From assembly GCA_002269645.1 (NCBI GenBank), contig NIVC01001855.1:1-64000 (forward strand): a stretch of DNA of 64,000 nucleotides, written 5' to 3'. Each line of letters opens with the position of its first letter. Position 1 is the first letter of the stretch. This DNA comes from Macrostomum lignano. Its lineage: Eukaryota. Positions 61,001 through 64,000 of the stretch are shown piece after piece. The notes under the pieces are model-generated. The model saw only the letters and a list, made by a program, of their open reading frames with translations. It did no database searches and had not been told where the DNA came from. Both the position numbers and the translations under genes were made by a program.

Positions 61001-64000
61001 CTATTCTGAAATTGGGTTTGGAGCGATTCTTAGAAAAGTAAATGGACTGCTATTCTGAAATTGGGTTTGGAGCGATTCTTAGAAAAGTAAATGGACTGCT
61101 ATTCTGAAATTGGGTTTGGAGCGATTCTTAGAAAAGTAAATGGACTGCTATTCTGAAATTGGGTTTGGAGCGATTCTTAGAAAAGTAAATGGACTGCTAT
61201 TCTGAAATTGGGTTTGGAGCGATTCTTAGAAAAGTAAATGGACTGCTATTCTGAAATTGGGTTTGGAGCGATTCTTAGAAAAGTATGGACTGCTATTCTG
61301 AAATTGGGTTTGGAGCGATTCTTAGAAAAGTATGGACTGCTATTCTGAAATTGGGTTTGGAGCGATTCTTAGAAAAGTAAATGGACTGCTATTCTGAAAT
61401 TGGGTTTGGAGCGATTCTTAGAAAAGTAAATGGACTGCTATTCTGAAATTGGGTTTGGAGCGATTCTTAGAAAAGTAAATGGACTGCTATTCTGAAATTG
61501 GGTTTGGAGCGATTCTTAGAAAAGTAAATGGACTGCTATTCTGAAATTGGGTTTGGAGCGATTCTTAGAAAAGTAAATGGACTGCTATTCTGAAATTGGG
61601 TTTGGAGCGATTCTTAGAAAAGTAAATGGACTGCTATTCTGAAATTGGGTTTGGAGCGATTCTTAGAAAAGTAAATGGACTGCTATTCTGAAATTGGGTT
61701 TGGAGCGATTCTTAGAAAAGTAAATGGACTGCTATTCTGAAATTGGGTTTGGAGCGATTCTTAGAAAAGTAAATGGACTGCTATTCTGAAATTGGGTTTG
61801 GAGCGATTCTTAGAAAAGTAAATGGACTGCTATTCTGAAATTGGGTTTGGAGCGATTCTTAGAAAAGTAAATGGACTGCTATTCTGAAATTGGGTTTGGA
61901 GCGATTCTTAGAAAAGTAAATGGACTGCTATTCTGAAATTGGGTTTGGAGCGATTCTTAGAAAAGTAAATGGACTGCTATTCTGAAATTGGGTTTGGAGC
62001 GATTCTTAGAAAAGTATGGACTGCTATTCTGAAATTGGGTTTGGAGCGATTCTTAGAAAAGTAAATGGACTGCTATTCTGAAATTGGGTTTGGAGCGATT
62101 CTTAGAAAAGTAAATGGACTGCTATTCTGAAATTGGGTTTGGAGCGATTCTTAGAAAAGTAAATGGACTGCTATTCTGAAATTGGGTTTGGAGCGATTCT
62201 TAGAAAAGTAAATGGACTGCTATTCTGAAATTGGGTTTGGAGCGATTCTTAGAAAAGTATGGACTGCTATTCTGAAATTGGGTTTGGAGCGATTCTTAGA
62301 AAAGTAAATGGACTGCTATTCTGAAATTGGGTTTGGAGCGATTCTTAGAAAAGTATGGACTGCTATTCTGAAATTGGGTTTGGAGCGATTCTTAGAAAAG
62401 TATGGACTGCTATTCTGAAATTGGGTTTGGAGCGATTCTTAGAAAAGTATGGACTGCTATTCTGAAATTGGGTTTGGAGCGATTCTTAGAAAAGTATGGA
62501 CTGCTATTCTGAAATTGGGTTTGGAGCGATTCTTAGAAAAGTAAATGGACTGCTATTCTGAAATTGGGTTTGGAGCGATTCTTAGAAAAGTAAATGGACT
62601 GCTATTCTGAAATTGGGTTTGGAGCGATTCTTAGAAAAGTAAATGGACTGCTATTCTGAAATTGGGTTTGGAGCGATTCTTAGAAAAGTATGGACTGCTA
62701 TTCTGAAATTGGGTTTGGAGCGATTCTTAGAAAAGTAAATGGACTGCTATTCTGAAATTGGGTTTGGAGCGATTCTTAGAAAAGTAAATGGACTGCTATT
62801 CTGAAATTGGGTTTGGAGCGATTCTTAGAAAAGTAAATGGACTGCTATTCTGAAATTGGGTTTGGAGCGATTCTTAGAAAAGTAAATGGACTGCTATTCT
62901 GAAATTGGGTTTGGAGCGATTCTTAGAAAAGTAAATGGACTGCTATTCTGAAATTGGGTTTGGAGCGATTCTTAGAAAAGTAAATGGACTGCTATTCTGA
63001 AATTGGGTTTGGAGCGATTCTTAGAAAAGTAAATGGACTGCTATTCTGAAATTGGGTTTGGAGCGATTCTTAGAAAAGTAAATGGACTGCTATTCTGAAA
63101 TTGGGTTTGGAGCGATTCTTAGAAAAGTAAATGGACTGCTATTCTGAAATTGGGTTTGGAGCGATTCTTAGAAAAGTAAATGGACTGCTATTCTGAAATT
63201 GGGTTTGGAGCGATTCTTAGAAAAGTATGGACTGCTATTCTGAAATTGGGTTTGGAGCGATTCTTAGAAAAGTAAATGGACTGCTATTCTGAAATTGGGT
63301 TTGGAGCGATTCTTAGAAAAGTAAATGGACTGCTATTCTGAAATTGGGTTTGGAGCGATTCTTAGAAAAGTAAATGGACTGCTATTCTGAAATTGGGTTT
63401 GGAGCGATTCTTAGAAAAGTATGGACTGCTATTCTGAAATTGGGTTTGGAGCGATTCTTAGAAAAGTAAATGGACTGCTATTCTGAAATTGGGTTTGGAG
63501 CGATTCTTAGAAAAGTAAATGGACTGCTATTCTGAAATTGGGTTTGGAGCGATTCTTAGAAAAGTAAATGGACTGCTATTCTGAAATTGGGTTTGGAGCG
63601 ATTCTTAGAAAAGTAAATGGACTGCTATTCTGAAATTGGGTTTGGAGCGATTCTTAGAAAAGTAAATGGACTGCTATTCTGAAATTGGGTTTGGAGCGAT
63701 TCTTAGAAAAGTAAATGGACTGCTATTCTGAAATTGGGTTTGGAGCGATTCTTAGAAAAGTAAATGGACTGCTATTCTGAAATTGGGTTTGGAGCGATTC
63801 TTAGAAAAGTAAATGGACTGCTATTCTGAAATTGGGTTTGGAGCGATTCTTAGAAAAGTAAATGGACTGCTATTCTGAAATTGGGTTTGGAGCGATTCTT
63901 AGAAAAGTATGGACTGCTATTCTGAAATTGGGTTTGGAGCGATTCTTAGAAAAGTAAATGGACTGCTATTCTGAAATTGGGTTTGGAGCGATTCTTAGAA
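46010..64000. repeat. 49-bp satellite array, at least 17.9 kb (about 365 copies by length/period), running off the window end
   Basis: Unit ggactgctattctgaaattgggtttggagcgattcttagaaaagtaaat, with a 47-bp variant ending aaaagtat. Confidence 0.99.

Noticed and set aside
46010-64000. CRISPR-like array
   Set aside because: Units are head-to-tail with no unique spacers and no cas genes, in a eukaryotic context. It is a satellite.
46010-64000. STAT-type TTCTTAGAA motif in every 49-bp unit
   Set aside because: A single 9-mer match in an AT-rich unit, with no supporting evidence. It is likely chance given how many repeat units were scanned.

Overview
Eukaryotic (metazoan) genomic DNA with GC-rich spliceosomal exons separated by AT-rich introns and spacers, almost all filled by locus-specific tandem repeats. 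This architecture suggests a flatworm such as Macrostomum (inference, not proven). Genes reconstructed by hand with GT-AG junctions: a FoxN2/3 forkhead gene carrying frameshifts (68-3611,+), folliculin (7024-11592,+, 4 exons), a divergent succinyl-CoA:3-oxoacid CoA-transferase (13438-15258,-, 2 exons), a class A peptide-type GPCR (23281-31225,+, 3 exons) and three tandem omega-class GSTs (35028-44825,-). A 49-bp satellite array of about 18 kb runs from ~46010 to the window end. Highlights: (1) folliculin has no in-frame genomic start codon; a splice acceptor falls exactly before residue 2, as expected if the terminal AUG of a flatworm trans-spliced leader supplies Met1; (2) the GST cluster looks operon-like; (3) two otherwise diverged GST paralogs share a 189-bp perfectly identical tract; (4) TIR-bounded elements carry a 21-bp minisatellite; (5) 11 of 12 introns hold a private tandem repeat. 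Most long ORFs in the supplied track are repeat artefacts. Repeat boundaries are approximate, and reference protein motifs are recalled from memory.
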